Shown here: one piece after another, positions 52,933 through 62,323 of the stretch
How positions within the stretch are numbered: the stretch's first letter is position 1
Layout of the letters: each line of letters begins with the position of its first letter
Origin: Gemmatimonadales bacterium
GTDB lineage: Bacteria; Gemmatimonadota; Gemmatimonadetes; Gemmatimonadales; GWC2-71-9
Direction of reading: 5' to 3'
NCBI GenBank assembly: GCA_035997125.1
Contig: DASYIX010000115.1
Span: 29 to 64,028 of the forward strand
Length of the DNA stretch: 64,000 bases
Translations under genes and position numbers: made by a program
The notes under the pieces: generated by a model
The model's database searches: none
What the model saw: the letters and a program-made list of their open reading frames with translations, nothing else
Told to the model about the DNA's origin: nothing

Positions 52933-54381
52933 ATGAGACCGATCGTGCGACGTCCCCGGTTGCTCACACAGCTCAGGCTAGTCCTGCTCTGGCTCGGCGG
53001 TGTGTGCCACGTCTTGGGCGGCGCGGCGTTCGCCGGTGCGCAGGACACGGCCAAGGCCAAGGCCGCCCCTCCCGCTGTGGCCCAGGATTCGGCGAAGAAG
53101 GCCCAGGGCAGTGGCCTGCAGCAGGGTTCGGCCCAGAAGACCGTGGCCACCGCCAGCGCGGACTCGTCGAAGCCGCGCTCGCCCGATCAGCTGGATGCGC
53201 TGGTGGCGCCGATCGCGCTCTACCCCGATGACCTGCTGGCCCAGAGCCTCGTGGCCTCCACCTATCCCCTCGAGATCGTCCAACTCCAGCAGTGGCTCGC
53301 CAAGAACCCGAAGCTCAAGGACAAGGCACTGGCCGATTCGGTTGCGAAGCAGCCCTGGGACCCCAGTATCCAGTCGATGGCCGCCATACCCGAGGTCGTG
53401 AAGCGGCTCGCCGACGACATCCAGTGGACCACCGAGCTCGGCAACGCCTTCCTCGCGCAACAGAGCGAGGTGATGGCTGCCGTCCAGCGGATGCGCAAGA
53501 AGGCCAAGGACAAGGGTGCGCTGGAGACCAACGAGCAGCAGAAAGTCGAGACCAAGGTCGTCGAGAAGCAGACGGTGATCGTGGTCGAGTCCCAGAATCC
53601 CGAAGTCGTCTACGTCCCGTCCTACAGCCCGACCGTGGTTTACGGTCCTCCGGTCTACGCCTACCCGCCGATCTATTATCCGTACTATCCTCCCGGTGCA
53701 GCGTTCGTTTCGTTCGGTGTCGGGATGATGTGGGGGGCCGCGATGTGGGGTGGTGCCTGCTGTCATGCCGGTTGGGGCGGCGGCAACGTCTACATCAACA
53801 ACAGCAACCACTTCAATAGCGTTGGCGGTGTCGGTGGCGTTGGCGGCGCAGGCGGTGTCGGTGGTGTCGGCGGCGCAGGTGGCGTTGGCGGCGCAGGCGG
53901 TGTTGGCGGCGCAGGCGGTGCTGGCAGGCCGGGTGGTGCCCAGCCCAAGGGGGCTGGCGGCGCGTGGTCTCACAACCCTTCGCATCGAGGCGGTGCCCCC
54001 TACGCCGACCAGCGGACCGCCGACAAGTTCGGTGGGCAGCGAGGGGCCGGAGTCAGCGACAGGGCCGCCGGCGGCCGGCAGGGGCAAGGCGGCGCCGGCG
54101 CGAGCAACCGGGCTTCCGCCGGCGGTCAGGGACAGCGCGGGGGTGCCGGCGGGAGCGACCGGGTACCCAATGCAAGTGGTGGCCGGTCAGGAGGTGGGGA
54201 TCAGATTGGCAACCGCAGCATCCCTTCAGACGGGGGGTCGAGGGGGAGCAGCGGATTCAGCGGCGGGTCGGGCGGGTACGATGGTGGAAGCGCACGGGCG
54301 AGCAGCTCGCGCGGTACGTCGAGCATGGGCTCGCGGGGCGGGGGCGGGATGTCCCGGGGCGGGGGCGGCCGCCGCAGGTGA
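52933..54381 (+). CDS. DUF3300 domain-containing secreted protein with a Gly-rich C-terminal tail
   Basis: Signal peptide, then 'LDALVAPIALYPDDLLAQSLVASTYPLEIVQLQQW...WDPSIQSMAAIPEVV...DIQWTTELGNAF'. About 200 aa of G/S/R-rich low complexity follows. Confidence 0.85.
   Translation: MRPIVRRPRLLTQLRLVLLWLGGVCHVLGGAAFAGAQDTAKAKAAPPAVAQDSAKKAQGSGLQQGSAQKTVATASADSSKPRSPDQLDALVAPIALYPDDLLAQSLVASTYPLEIVQLQQWLAKNPKLKDKALADSVAKQPWDPSIQSMAAIPEVVKRLADDIQWTTELGNAFLAQQSEVMAAVQRMRKKAKDKGALETNEQQKVETKVVEKQTVIVVESQNPEVVYVPSYSPTVVYGPPVYAYPPIYYPYYPPGAAFVSFGVGMMWGAAMWGGACCHAGWGGGNVYINNSNHFNSVGGVGGVGGAGGVGGVGGAGGVGGAGGVGGAGGAGRPGGAQPKGAGGAWSHNPSHRGGAPYADQRTADKFGGQRGAGVSDRAAGGRQGQGGAGASNRASAGGQGQRGGAGGSDRVPNASGGRSGGGDQIGNRSIPSDGGSRGSSGFSGGSGGYDGGSARASSSRGTSSMGSRGGGGMSRGGGGRRR
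53821..53925 (+). repeat. tandem GGC-GGT-GTY / GGC-GCA-GGY coding repeats (poly-GGVGGAGG)
   Basis: Encodes 'VGGVGGVGGAGGVGGVGGAGGVGGAGGVGGAGGAG' inside the DUF3300 gene. The near-identical 15-18 nt units could be prone to slippage. Confidence 0.85.
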
Positions 54382-55304
54382 GTACGTCGATCTGCGAGCG
54401 AGCCGCACGGCTCGGACGCGTCGCGGTCCTGCTGCTCGCGCTGGGTGCGTGCACTAAAGAGGTACAGCCGCGTCGGTTCAGCTCGCCCGAGGAGGCCGGG
54501 GCCGCCCTCACTCAAGCCGCTGAGCGCTTTGATCAGCGGGCGCTGGTGGAGATCCTGGGGAAGGAGGGCAAGTCCCTGGTCTCGTCCAAAGACTCGGTGC
54601 AGGACCGGCAGCGCGCTCTCGCGTTCGCCTCGGAGGCGCGGAAGGGGCACAGGATAGAGCTGGATTCATCGGGCACCGTCGCCACCCTTTCGGTTGGCCC
54701 CAGCGACTGGCCCCTCCCTATCCCCATCGTCAAGGACAGTAACGCCTGGCACTTCGACGCGGAGGCTGGAGCGAATGAGATTCTGATCCGCCGCATCGGC
54801 GAGAACGAGCTCGATGCCATCCAGGTGTGTCGCGGGTTCGTGGAGGCTCAGCGTCAATACGCCACCTCCCTGCACGACAGTTCCCCGGTAAATCAGTACG
54901 CCCAGCGCATCGTCAGCACACCCGGCAAGCAGGATGGCCTCGCGTGGAGAGCCCCGGATGGCAGCTGGAAGGGGCCCATCGGGGAGGGGATCGCCCGGGT
55001 CATCGCGGAGGGCTACAGCGATCGCATTGAGCCGTACCACGGTTACCACTTCAAGATCCTGAAAGGGCAGGGCCCCGCCGCGCCGCTGGGAACGATGGAT
55101 TTCCTGGTGAAGGGCGCGATGATCGGCGGTTTCGCCCTGGTTGCCGCCCCAGCCGAATACCTGGTGACCGGCGTGAAGACCTTCATCGTCAGCCACGACG
55201 GCATCGTCTACGAGCACGACTTCGGGCCCGAGACGCTCGAGCGTTTCCGCACGATGGAGCGTTACAACCCGGACTCGACCTGGACTCCCGTCGCCACCAA
55301 CTAA
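54378..55304 (+). CDS. DUF2950 domain-containing lipoprotein/secreted protein
   Basis: GTGA overlap with the DUF3300 gene, lipobox 'LLLALGAC', and 'WPLPIPIVKDSNAWHFDAEAGANEILIRRIGENELDAIQV...PYHGYHFKILKGQG...GGFALVAAPAEY...TFIVSHDGIVYEHDFG'. Confidence 0.85.
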   Translation: MSTSICERAARLGRVAVLLLALGACTKEVQPRRFSSPEEAGAALTQAAERFDQRALVEILGKEGKSLVSSKDSVQDRQRALAFASEARKGHRIELDSSGTVATLSVGPSDWPLPIPIVKDSNAWHFDAEAGANEILIRRIGENELDAIQVCRGFVEAQRQYATSLHDSSPVNQYAQRIVSTPGKQDGLAWRAPDGSWKGPIGEGIARVIAEGYSDRIEPYHGYHFKILKGQGPAAPLGTMDFLVKGAMIGGFALVAAPAEYLVTGVKTFIVSHDGIVYEHDFGPETLERFRTMERYNPDSTWTPVATN

Positions 55305-55423
55305 CGAACAACCGCGGTAGCCGCTCAGCCGGCGTCACGGGTCTCGGGTCCAACCCGGGCGGGTAGCCGGTGGGCTCGAGCGGCGTTGTGACCCCGGTCG
55401 CGCCGGCGCTATCTTCATCCCCC

Positions 55424-56977
55424 ATGCCCGAACCCAGAGAGCTCCTGGAGCAGCTCCATCACCGCCAGTCGCTCGCCGAGCAGGGCGGGGGTTCCGATCG
55501 AATCGCCCAGCAGCACAAGAAGGGCAAGCTCACCGCGCGGGAGCGTCTCGACCTCCTGTTGGATGAGGGGAGCTTCATCGAGCTCGACCGCTTTGTCACC
55601 CACCGCTCCACCGATTTCGGTCTCGAGAACCAGATCTTCCTTGGCGACGGGGTCGTTACCGGCTCGGGCCGGATCGACGGCCGTTTGGTCTATGTGTTCT
55701 CTCAGGACTTCACCGTCTTCGGCGGGTCCCTATCCGAGGCCCACGCGGAGAAGATCTGCAAGATCATGGATCTGGCGCTCAAGACCGGGGCGCCGGTCAT
55801 CGGGCTCAACGACTCGGGCGGCGCCCGGATTCAGGAAGGCGTCGCCTCGCTCGGCGGCTACGCCGACATCTTTCTCCGGAATACCCTCGCCTCCGGGGTA
55901 ATTCCTCAGATCTCCGCCATCCTCGGACCCTGCGCCGGCGGGGCGGTGTACAGCCCTGCCATCACCGATTTCATCTTCATGGTGCGCGGGGTGAGCTACA
56001 TGTTCGTGACCGGCCCCAGCGTGGTGAAGACCGTCACTCACGAGGAGGTCAGCTTCGACGACCTGGGTGGGGCTGACACCCATGGCGAGACGTCGGGAGT
56101 CGCCCACTTCGTTCACGACTCGGAGCCCGAGTGCATCCAGGCGGTGCGCGAGCTGATCGGATTCCTTCCGCTCAACAACCTGGACGAGCCACCTCACCGT
56201 CCCACCGGAGATCCGGTCGAACGGCGGGACGAGGCGCTGCTGGAGCTGATCCCGGATAGCGCCAACAAGCCCTACGACATGCACGGCGTCATCGGCCGGG
56301 TGGTGGACGACGGGGTGTTCCTGGAAGTGCAGCCGGGTCATGCAGACAATATCGTGGTCGGCTTTGGCCGATTGGGCGGCGCCCCGGTGGGCATCGTGGC
56401 CAATCAGCCCGCGGTGCTGGCCGGCGTGCTCGACATCAATGGGTCGATCAAAGCGGCCCGGTTCATCCGCTTCTGCGACTGCTTCAATCTGCCGATCGTG
56501 ACCTTCGTGGATGTGCCGGGATTCCTACCCGGTGTAGCGCAGGAGCACGGTGGGATCATCAAACACGGGGCCAAGCTCCTCTATGCCTACTGCGAGGCCA
56601 CCGTCCCCAAACTCACCTTGATCACCCGGAAGGCGTACGGCGGCGCCTACGACGTGATGAGCTCGAAGCACATCCGGGGAGACGTGAACCTGGCCTGGCC
56701 GTCTGCCGAGATCGCCGTGATGGGGCCGAAGGGCGCCGTCGAGATCCTGTTCAAGGACGAGATCGCCAAGGCGAAAGACCCGGCAGGCGCGACCGAGCGC
56801 CTGATCGAGGAGTACACCGAGAAGTTTGCCCATCCCTACGCGGCCGCCGCCCGAGGTTATATCGACGACGTGATCGACCCCCGGGACACCCGTCCCCGTC
56901 TGATCGAGGCGCTGCGGATGCTGAAGGGCAAGCGGGACCGGAACCCGCCCAAGAAGCACGGCAATATTCCGCTGTGA
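55424..56977 (+). CDS. acyl-CoA carboxylase carboxyltransferase (beta) subunit (propionyl-/methylmalonyl-CoA type)
   Basis: '[26 protein letters not shown]', '[20 protein letters not shown]', '[16 protein letters not shown]', '[11 protein letters not shown]'. Confidence 0.92.
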   Translation: MPEPRELLEQLHHRQSLAEQGGGSDRIAQQHKKGKLTARERLDLLLDEGSFIELDRFVTHRSTDFGLENQIFLGDGVVTGSGRIDGRLVYVFSQDFTVFGGSLSEAHAEKICKIMDLALKTGAPVIGLNDSGGARIQEGVASLGGYADIFLRNTLASGVIPQISAILGPCAGGAVYSPAITDFIFMVRGVSYMFVTGPSVVKTVTHEEVSFDDLGGADTHGETSGVAHFVHDSEPECIQAVRELIGFLPLNNLDEPPHRPTGDPVERRDEALLELIPDSANKPYDMHGVIGRVVDDGVFLEVQPGHADNIVVGFGRLGGAPVGIVANQPAVLAGVLDINGSIKAARFIRFCDCFNLPIVTFVDVPGFLPGVAQEHGGIIKHGAKLLYAYCEATVPKLTLITRKAYGGAYDVMSSKHIRGDVNLAWPSAEIAVMGPKGAVEILFKDEIAKAKDPAGATERLIEEYTEKFAHPYAAAARGYIDDVIDPRDTRPRLIEALRMLKGKRDRNPPKKHGNIPL

Positions 56978-57028
56978 GCCGGGTGGTGTCCCCCCCAATA
57001 GAGCCCGGCGTCTCCTACTAGCCAAGTC

Positions 57029-58075
57029 GTGGCTCTCTCGCCATTTTTGTCACACATGTGTCACGGCAGTCCGGACCCAATTCGAGCCCGATCCCACCTG
57101 GCGCAGCGGCTTTTGCGCCGGGGATTCCTCGTGCTGGCCACGGCTTCGGTGGTCGGCACCGGGGGATTGCACGCCCAGGCGGCCATCGACCCCAACGTGG
57201 CGCCGCGGGCCGCCGCACTGGAGCGGTCGGGCGAGCGGCAGATGGCGATCGACATGCTCGGCCGTTACCTCGCTATGGCTCCGGACGACGGTCGCGCGTG
57301 GTTCCAGCTCGGCCGCTTCTACCTTCTCGACGCGCGTGACTGGCACCTCCAAGGCCATCGGGGCGATCCTGATGGCCTTCTCTATTTGGATTTCGCCGCC
57401 ACCGCGTTCGATCAGGCCGTGCGGCTGTCAGTGGATTCCGGGGTGGTGTACCGCGGCCTCGCCGAGTTGGAGCGGTCGGTCGTGTTCGTGGAAGACTCCG
57501 GGTGGAGTATCGGGGGTCCCGCCCGCACGCGTCCCAACACACCGGAGATGCCCGGATTCATTCTGGAGCTCGGCGCCAACCTGCTGAGCTCCTGCCCGGC
57601 CGGTGGCGTGCTCTTGCTGGGGAGCGATCTCGAGGCGCTCTCGGTCTGGTATGACAACCTCGATCTCCGGACCCGGGAGATCCTCCCCATTCGGCCCGAT
57701 CGCTATGCCACCGATTCCGTCTACCGCCGCCGGATGGCGGAAGCCATGGGCATCGATCCGACGCTCCCGGTGCGCAGTGCTTTGGAAGACGTCGCCGGCC
57801 GGCGTCCGCTCTGCCTCACTCCGACCGCCGACAGCGCCGCCGCCCCCGCGCTTACTTGGAGCCCGTTCCGGCTCACCCGGGTAAGCCGGTCGGTCGAGGC
57901 CGGTCCCGAGGCTCTCTCGGTGACCGAGCTGCTTCAGGCGTCCCGCCAGGGAGGGTCGGTCTGGATCCGCGATGTCCGCGGCATCTACGACAGCGCTGCC
58001 CGAATCAATTCGCTTCTGTGTAGCAGCTTCCTCCCGGCCTTCGGAGACTCCCCGCCGCCGGCATGCCGGCCGTAA
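57029..58075 (+). CDS. hypothetical secreted protein with a TPR-like N-terminal region
   Basis: Signal-like 'RRGFLVLATASVVGTGGLHAQA' and TPR-like 'AIDMLGRYLAMAPDDGRAWFQLGRFYL'. The start may be GTG 57029 or ATG 57056. The ORF overlaps the next gene by 13 nt. Confidence 0.5.
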   Translation: MALSPFLSHMCHGSPDPIRARSHLAQRLLRRGFLVLATASVVGTGGLHAQAAIDPNVAPRAAALERSGERQMAIDMLGRYLAMAPDDGRAWFQLGRFYLLDARDWHLQGHRGDPDGLLYLDFAATAFDQAVRLSVDSGVVYRGLAELERSVVFVEDSGWSIGGPARTRPNTPEMPGFILELGANLLSSCPAGGVLLLGSDLEALSVWYDNLDLRTREILPIRPDRYATDSVYRRRMAEAMGIDPTLPVRSALEDVAGRRPLCLTPTADSAAAPALTWSPFRLTRVSRSVEAGPEALSVTELLQASRQGGSVWIRDVRGIYDSAARINSLLCSSFLPAFGDSPPPACRP

Positions 58076-59562
58076 AACGCGTCCTCATCGCCAACCGCGG
58101 CGAAATTGCTCTCCGAATCATCCGTGCGTGTCATGAAGAGGGTATCGAAGCGATCGCGGTGTACTCTGCCGCCGACCGGGGAGCTGCTCATGTCCGAGCA
58201 GCCGATCGGGCCGTGGCCATCGGGCCCGCTGTTCCATCGCAGAGCTACCTCTCGATCGATCGGCTGATCTCGGCTGCCGGGGAATCGGGAGCCGATGCCG
58301 TCCATCCGGGATACGGGTTTCTGGCGGAACGGGCGGCGTTTGCGGAAGCCGTGGAGCGCGCGGGACTCATCTTTATCGGCCCTCCAGCCACGGCTATCCG
58401 TGCGATGGGGGACAAGACCGAAGCCAGACGCCGGATGCAGGCTGCCGGCGTGCCGGTGGTCCCAGGCGGCGGCCCCATCGAGAATCTCGAGGCCGCGCTC
58501 TCTGCCGCGGAGCGACTCGGCTATCCCATCATGGTCAAGGCGGCGGCTGGTGGGGGCGGCAAGGGAATGCGCCTGGTGCGGGAGCCGGCCGCGCTCTCGG
58601 CGGCCCTCGACACCGCTCGCTCGGAGGCGCTCAAATCCTTCGGTGATGCCAGCGTCTACTTGGAGAAGTTCATCGAGCGACCCCGCCACATCGAGATCCA
58701 GGTATTGGCCGACGCAGAACGCACCATCCATTTAGGTGAGCGGGAGTGCTCCATCCAGCGGCGGCATCAGAAGCTGGTCGAAGAGGCACCCTCGACTGCG
58801 GTATCCCCGGAATTGCGGGCGCGCATGGGAGACGCCGCGGTCTCCGCCGCCCGGGCCGTCGGCTATCGCAGCGCGGGGACCTGCGAGTTTCTGCTGACGG
58901 CGGACAGCTCCTTCTACTTCCTGGAGATGAACACCCGCATTCAGGTCGAGCACCCGGTCACGGAGTTGGTCTACGGGATCGATCTGGTCAGGCAGCAGCT
59001 CCGAATTGCCGGCGGGCTGTCAATGCAGGTCCCTCCCGGCCCCCTTCAACCCCGCGGCTGGGCCATCGAATGCCGCATCACCAGCGAGGACCCTGGTAAC
59101 GGCTTTCTCCCATCCACCGGTCGCATCCAGTACCTCCGTGCTCCGGCCGGGCCCGGCATTCGGTGGGACAGCGGGATCGAGACCGGCGATGAGGTCACCC
59201 TGTACTACGACTCGCTGCTCGCCAAACTGATTGCGTGGGCGCCGGACCGGGCCCAGGCGCTAGGACGGATGAAGCAGGGGCTGGACGAGCTGGTGATCGT
59301 CGGAGTGGCCACCAACCAGGCCTTTCACCGGCGGTTGATGTCGGACCCGTCCTTCCGGGAAGGAGCCATCGACATCCAGTTTCTGGAGCGGCGAACCGAC
59401 CTCCTGAGCCCGGGTACCAGCCCGGAGCGGATCCGCGACATGGCGGTCGCCGCCGCGCTCGCGGAGGACGAGGCTCGACAAAGCCGGCGTCCGGCCAGCA
59501 TTACCGATGGGGCAGCTGGGGGTGAATGGGCCAGGCAAGCGCGGAGCGAAGGCCTCAGATGA
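58063..59562 (+). CDS. accC: biotin carboxylase subunit of acetyl/propionyl-CoA carboxylase
   Basis: 'KRVLIANRGEIALRIIRAC', 'HPGYGFLAE', 'GYPIMVKAAAGGGGKGMR', 'EMNTRIQVEHPVTE'. Confidence 0.93.
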   Translation: MPAVKRVLIANRGEIALRIIRACHEEGIEAIAVYSAADRGAAHVRAADRAVAIGPAVPSQSYLSIDRLISAAGESGADAVHPGYGFLAERAAFAEAVERAGLIFIGPPATAIRAMGDKTEARRRMQAAGVPVVPGGGPIENLEAALSAAERLGYPIMVKAAAGGGGKGMRLVREPAALSAALDTARSEALKSFGDASVYLEKFIERPRHIEIQVLADAERTIHLGERECSIQRRHQKLVEEAPSTAVSPELRARMGDAAVSAARAVGYRSAGTCEFLLTADSSFYFLEMNTRIQVEHPVTELVYGIDLVRQQLRIAGGLSMQVPPGPLQPRGWAIECRITSEDPGNGFLPSTGRIQYLRAPAGPGIRWDSGIETGDEVTLYYDSLLAKLIAWAPDRAQALGRMKQGLDELVIVGVATNQAFHRRLMSDPSFREGAIDIQFLERRTDLLSPGTSPERIRDMAVAAALAEDEARQSRRPASITDGAAGGEWARQARSEGLR

Positions 59563-60779
59563 CGCCGGTCCGCATCCTGCGCCTCGCAGCGGGCGGGGAT
59601 GGCGTGGGTAAGCTGCCCGACGGAAGAACCGTATTTGTCCCCCGAACCGCTCCCGGTGATCTGGTCGAGGTAACCGGGCTCCGCGAACACAAACGCTATG
59701 CCCGGGCTCGGCTCGCCCGCGTGGTCGAGCCCTCGTCTCACCGGGTGGAACCCCGCTGTCCCCATTACGTGCATGACGAGTGCGGGGGCTGCCAGCTGCA
59801 ACACGTAGACAACGAGACTCAGCTGGCCAGCCGGCGCTCGTTTGTGGGGGACGCGCTCCGCCGGATCGCCAAGCGCGATGTGCCCGACCCGTCCATCGTT
59901 CCGGCCGAGAAGACCTATGACTACCGGACCAAGCTCACGCTCCACGTCCGGGAGGACGGCCGCCGAATCGGCCTGTACCGGTATGATCGGGCCGATCAGA
60001 TCTTCGATCTGAAGTGGTGCCACATCACCGTACCCGAGCTGATGCAGCTATGGCAGTCGGTCCGGAAGCTTCGGACGCTGCTGCCGCCCCAGCTGGCGCA
60101 GGTCGTTCTCCGGCTGGATCGCCGCGGTGGGCGGCATCTGTTGGTTCGTGTTGGGCCAGGGGAGGTCTGGTCTGGGGCGGACCGCCTCTATCGTGAGCTG
60201 GGGCGCAACGGCACCCCAGCCACCATATGGTGGCAGCCCGAAGGCGGGGCTCCCCGCGCCATGGCCGGCTCGGGCGAGGCGTTTCCCGCCACCGTGTTCG
60301 AGCAAGTGAACCCTGAGATGGGCGACCGCGTGCGGCAGTTCGCGGTAGAACAGCTGGGTGACGTGTCCGGCCGGAAAGTGTGGGATCTCTATGCCGGAAT
60401 AGGCGAGACCACGGCTTTGCTCGCGGCCCGGGGAGCGGTCGTCGAAAGCGTGGAGCTCGATCGGCGCGCCGTGGCGGAGGCCGAGGCCAGAGGTCCGGAA
60501 GCTCGCCGGCTCGCGGGGCGAGCGGAGGATCTGATGCGCAAGCTGGGACCGCCCGAGTTGGTAATCGTGAATCCGCCGCGAACCGGCATGGATGAGCGGG
60601 TGACAGCCGAGCTGGAACGAGTCCGGCCCGAGCGGCTGGTCTACATCTCCTGTGATCCTGCGACTCTCGCCCGAGATCTCCTGAGACTGGAGCACTTCCA
60701 GCTGGTCCGGGTGCAAGCGTTCGACCTGTTTCCCCAGACGACCCACGTAGAGACGGTCGCCGTGGCTGAGCCGGCGTGA
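59559..60779 (+). CDS. TRAM-domain 23S rRNA (uracil-C5)-methyltransferase, RlmD/RumA family
   Basis: TRAM N-terminus 'GGDGVGKLPDGRTVFVPRTAPGDLVEV', Fe-S Cys cluster 'CPHYVHDECGGCQLQH', SAM motif 'DLYAGIGETT' and 'YISCDPATLARD'. ATGA overlap with accC. Confidence 0.85.
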   Translation: MTPVRILRLAAGGDGVGKLPDGRTVFVPRTAPGDLVEVTGLREHKRYARARLARVVEPSSHRVEPRCPHYVHDECGGCQLQHVDNETQLASRRSFVGDALRRIAKRDVPDPSIVPAEKTYDYRTKLTLHVREDGRRIGLYRYDRADQIFDLKWCHITVPELMQLWQSVRKLRTLLPPQLAQVVLRLDRRGGRHLLVRVGPGEVWSGADRLYRELGRNGTPATIWWQPEGGAPRAMAGSGEAFPATVFEQVNPEMGDRVRQFAVEQLGDVSGRKVWDLYAGIGETTALLAARGAVVESVELDRRAVAEAEARGPEARRLAGRAEDLMRKLGPPELVIVNPPRTGMDERVTAELERVRPERLVYISCDPATLARDLLRLEHFQLVRVQAFDLFPQTTHVETVAVAEPA

Positions 60780-61285
60780 AGTACGTCGTGCTGATCGATG
60801 GCCAGGCAATCGAGGTCGAGGTGGACGGCGAGCGCGTCACCATTGCCGGCGAGACCCATAACGCGACCTTGAACGCCATTCCTGGCACACCCCTTCGCCA
60901 AATGCTGCTGGATGGCCGGCCCTTGACCCTGTCGGTCGAGCAGCTCGGCCGCGGCCGCTGGGCGATTGCTCCGGGAGGCGAGCGCATAGAGGTGGAAGTG
61001 CTGGACGAGCGCACCCGGCACATCCGAAGCTTGACCGGCGGCGGCGATCAGCGCCGCGCCGCCGCGGTGCTCAAGGCTCCCATGCCTGGGCTGGTGGTGC
61101 GAGTGCAGGCCAAGCCGGGCGATACGGTGACTGCCGGTGCCGGGCTCATTGTATTGGAGGCCATGAAAATGGAGAACGAGCTCAAGGCGGCGGCCCCTGG
61201 TGTGGTGAAGTCAGTGCGGGTGGCGCCCGGAGAAGCGGTAGAGAAGGGACAGGTGCTGGTAGAATTTGCCGAGCCGCACACTTGA
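60776..61285 (+). CDS. biotin carboxyl carrier protein (biotin/lipoyl attachment domain)
   Basis: C-terminal 'GLIVLEAMKMENELKAAAPGVVKSVRV' carries the biotinyl-Lys motif AMKM. GTGA overlap with the methyltransferase gene. Confidence 0.88.
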   Translation: MKYVVLIDGQAIEVEVDGERVTIAGETHNATLNAIPGTPLRQMLLDGRPLTLSVEQLGRGRWAIAPGGERIEVEVLDERTRHIRSLTGGGDQRRAAAVLKAPMPGLVVRVQAKPGDTVTAGAGLIVLEAMKMENELKAAAPGVVKSVRVAPGEAVEKGQVLVEFAEPHT

Positions 61286-61360
61286 CCCAAACGTCGGCCA
61301 CCCGCTATCTTGTGAGTCTGTTTCATTTTGGCCCGTTCACCGCCCAAGGCAGCGGAGTAG

Positions 61361-61813
61361 ATGAAGACATTCACCGCCACACCGGCGGACATCAGCCACG
61401 ACTGGCATTTGGTCGATGCGGAAGATGTTCCCCTCGGACGGCTCGCCAGCCGGGTGGCTCAGCTCATTCGCGGCAAGCACAAGCCGACCTACACGCCCCA
61501 CATGGACGGGGGCGATTTCGTGGTGGTCATCAACGCCTCCAAGGTGAAGCTGACCGGCCGGAAAGAGACCAATAAGGTCTACTTCCGGCATACCGGGTAC
61601 ATGGGCCACGAGCGCTTCACCGCGGCTCGCGACCTGCTCGCCAAACATCCCGACCGGGTCATCGAGAAGGCCGTGTTCGGCATGTTGCCGAAGACCTCGC
61701 TCGCCAAGCAGAAGCTACGGGGCAAGCTCAAGGTGTACGCCGGTGCCGAGCACCCCCATGTAGCCCAGCAGCCTAAACCGTTCTCCGTTGCCAAACCGAA
61801 GGCAAGCGCATGA
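61361..61813 (+). CDS. rplM: 50S ribosomal protein L13
   Basis: 'WHLVDAEDVPLGRLASRVAQLIRGKHKPTYTPH.D.GDFVVVINA'. Confidence 0.95.
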   Translation: MKTFTATPADISHDWHLVDAEDVPLGRLASRVAQLIRGKHKPTYTPHMDGGDFVVVINASKVKLTGRKETNKVYFRHTGYMGHERFTAARDLLAKHPDRVIEKAVFGMLPKTSLAKQKLRGKLKVYAGAEHPHVAQQPKPFSVAKPKASA

Positions 61814-62211
61814 CAGCAACACCCCAGTTCCGGTGGCAGGCGGTCGGCCGGCGCAAGACCAGCGTGGCCCGAGTGTATCTCACGCCGGGCACCGGCAAGT
61901 GGGACATCAACGGGCGCACGCTCGGTGACTACTTCCCCCGGCCCTCGTTGGTACAGCATATCCAGCAGTCCTTTACCGCGACGGATACGCTGGGCGCGTT
62001 CGATGTGAAGGCCCACGTGAACGGTGGCGGGCAGGCCGGTCAGGCCGGCGCGCTGCGGCACGCCATCGCCCGGGCACTGGTGGAAGCCGACAGCCAGCAC
62101 CGGACCAAGCTCCGGGCCGCGGGTCTCATGACTCGAGACCCCCGGGCGGTCGAGCGGAAGAAGCCGGGCCGCCCTGGTGCCCGGAAGCGGTTCCAGTTCA
62201 GCAAGCGGTAG
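61810..62211 (+). CDS. rpsI: 30S ribosomal protein S9
   Basis: 'GRRKTSVARVYL.PGTG...GGGQAGQAGALRHAIARAL' with the C-terminal 'KRFQFSKR'. Confidence 0.95.
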   Translation: MTATPQFRWQAVGRRKTSVARVYLTPGTGKWDINGRTLGDYFPRPSLVQHIQQSFTATDTLGAFDVKAHVNGGGQAGQAGALRHAIARALVEADSQHRTKLRAAGLMTRDPRAVERKKPGRPGARKRFQFSKR

Positions 62212-62323
62212 CAGTTCACCTCGCACACCGCTGGATCTGTCTGTGGGTGCCCCTGCGGGGGTCGCAGCCGGAGATGAACGCGGTGGACGCCTAACCCTAA
62301 ATAGACGGGAAGTCAGTCACCGC

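Noticed and set aside
53821-54360. A regular short repeat array that might be mistaken for a CRISPR or minisatellite locus.
   Set aside because: The units are 15-18 nt with no unique spacers. They lie in frame inside the DUF3300 gene and encode a Gly-rich tail. This is not a CRISPR array.
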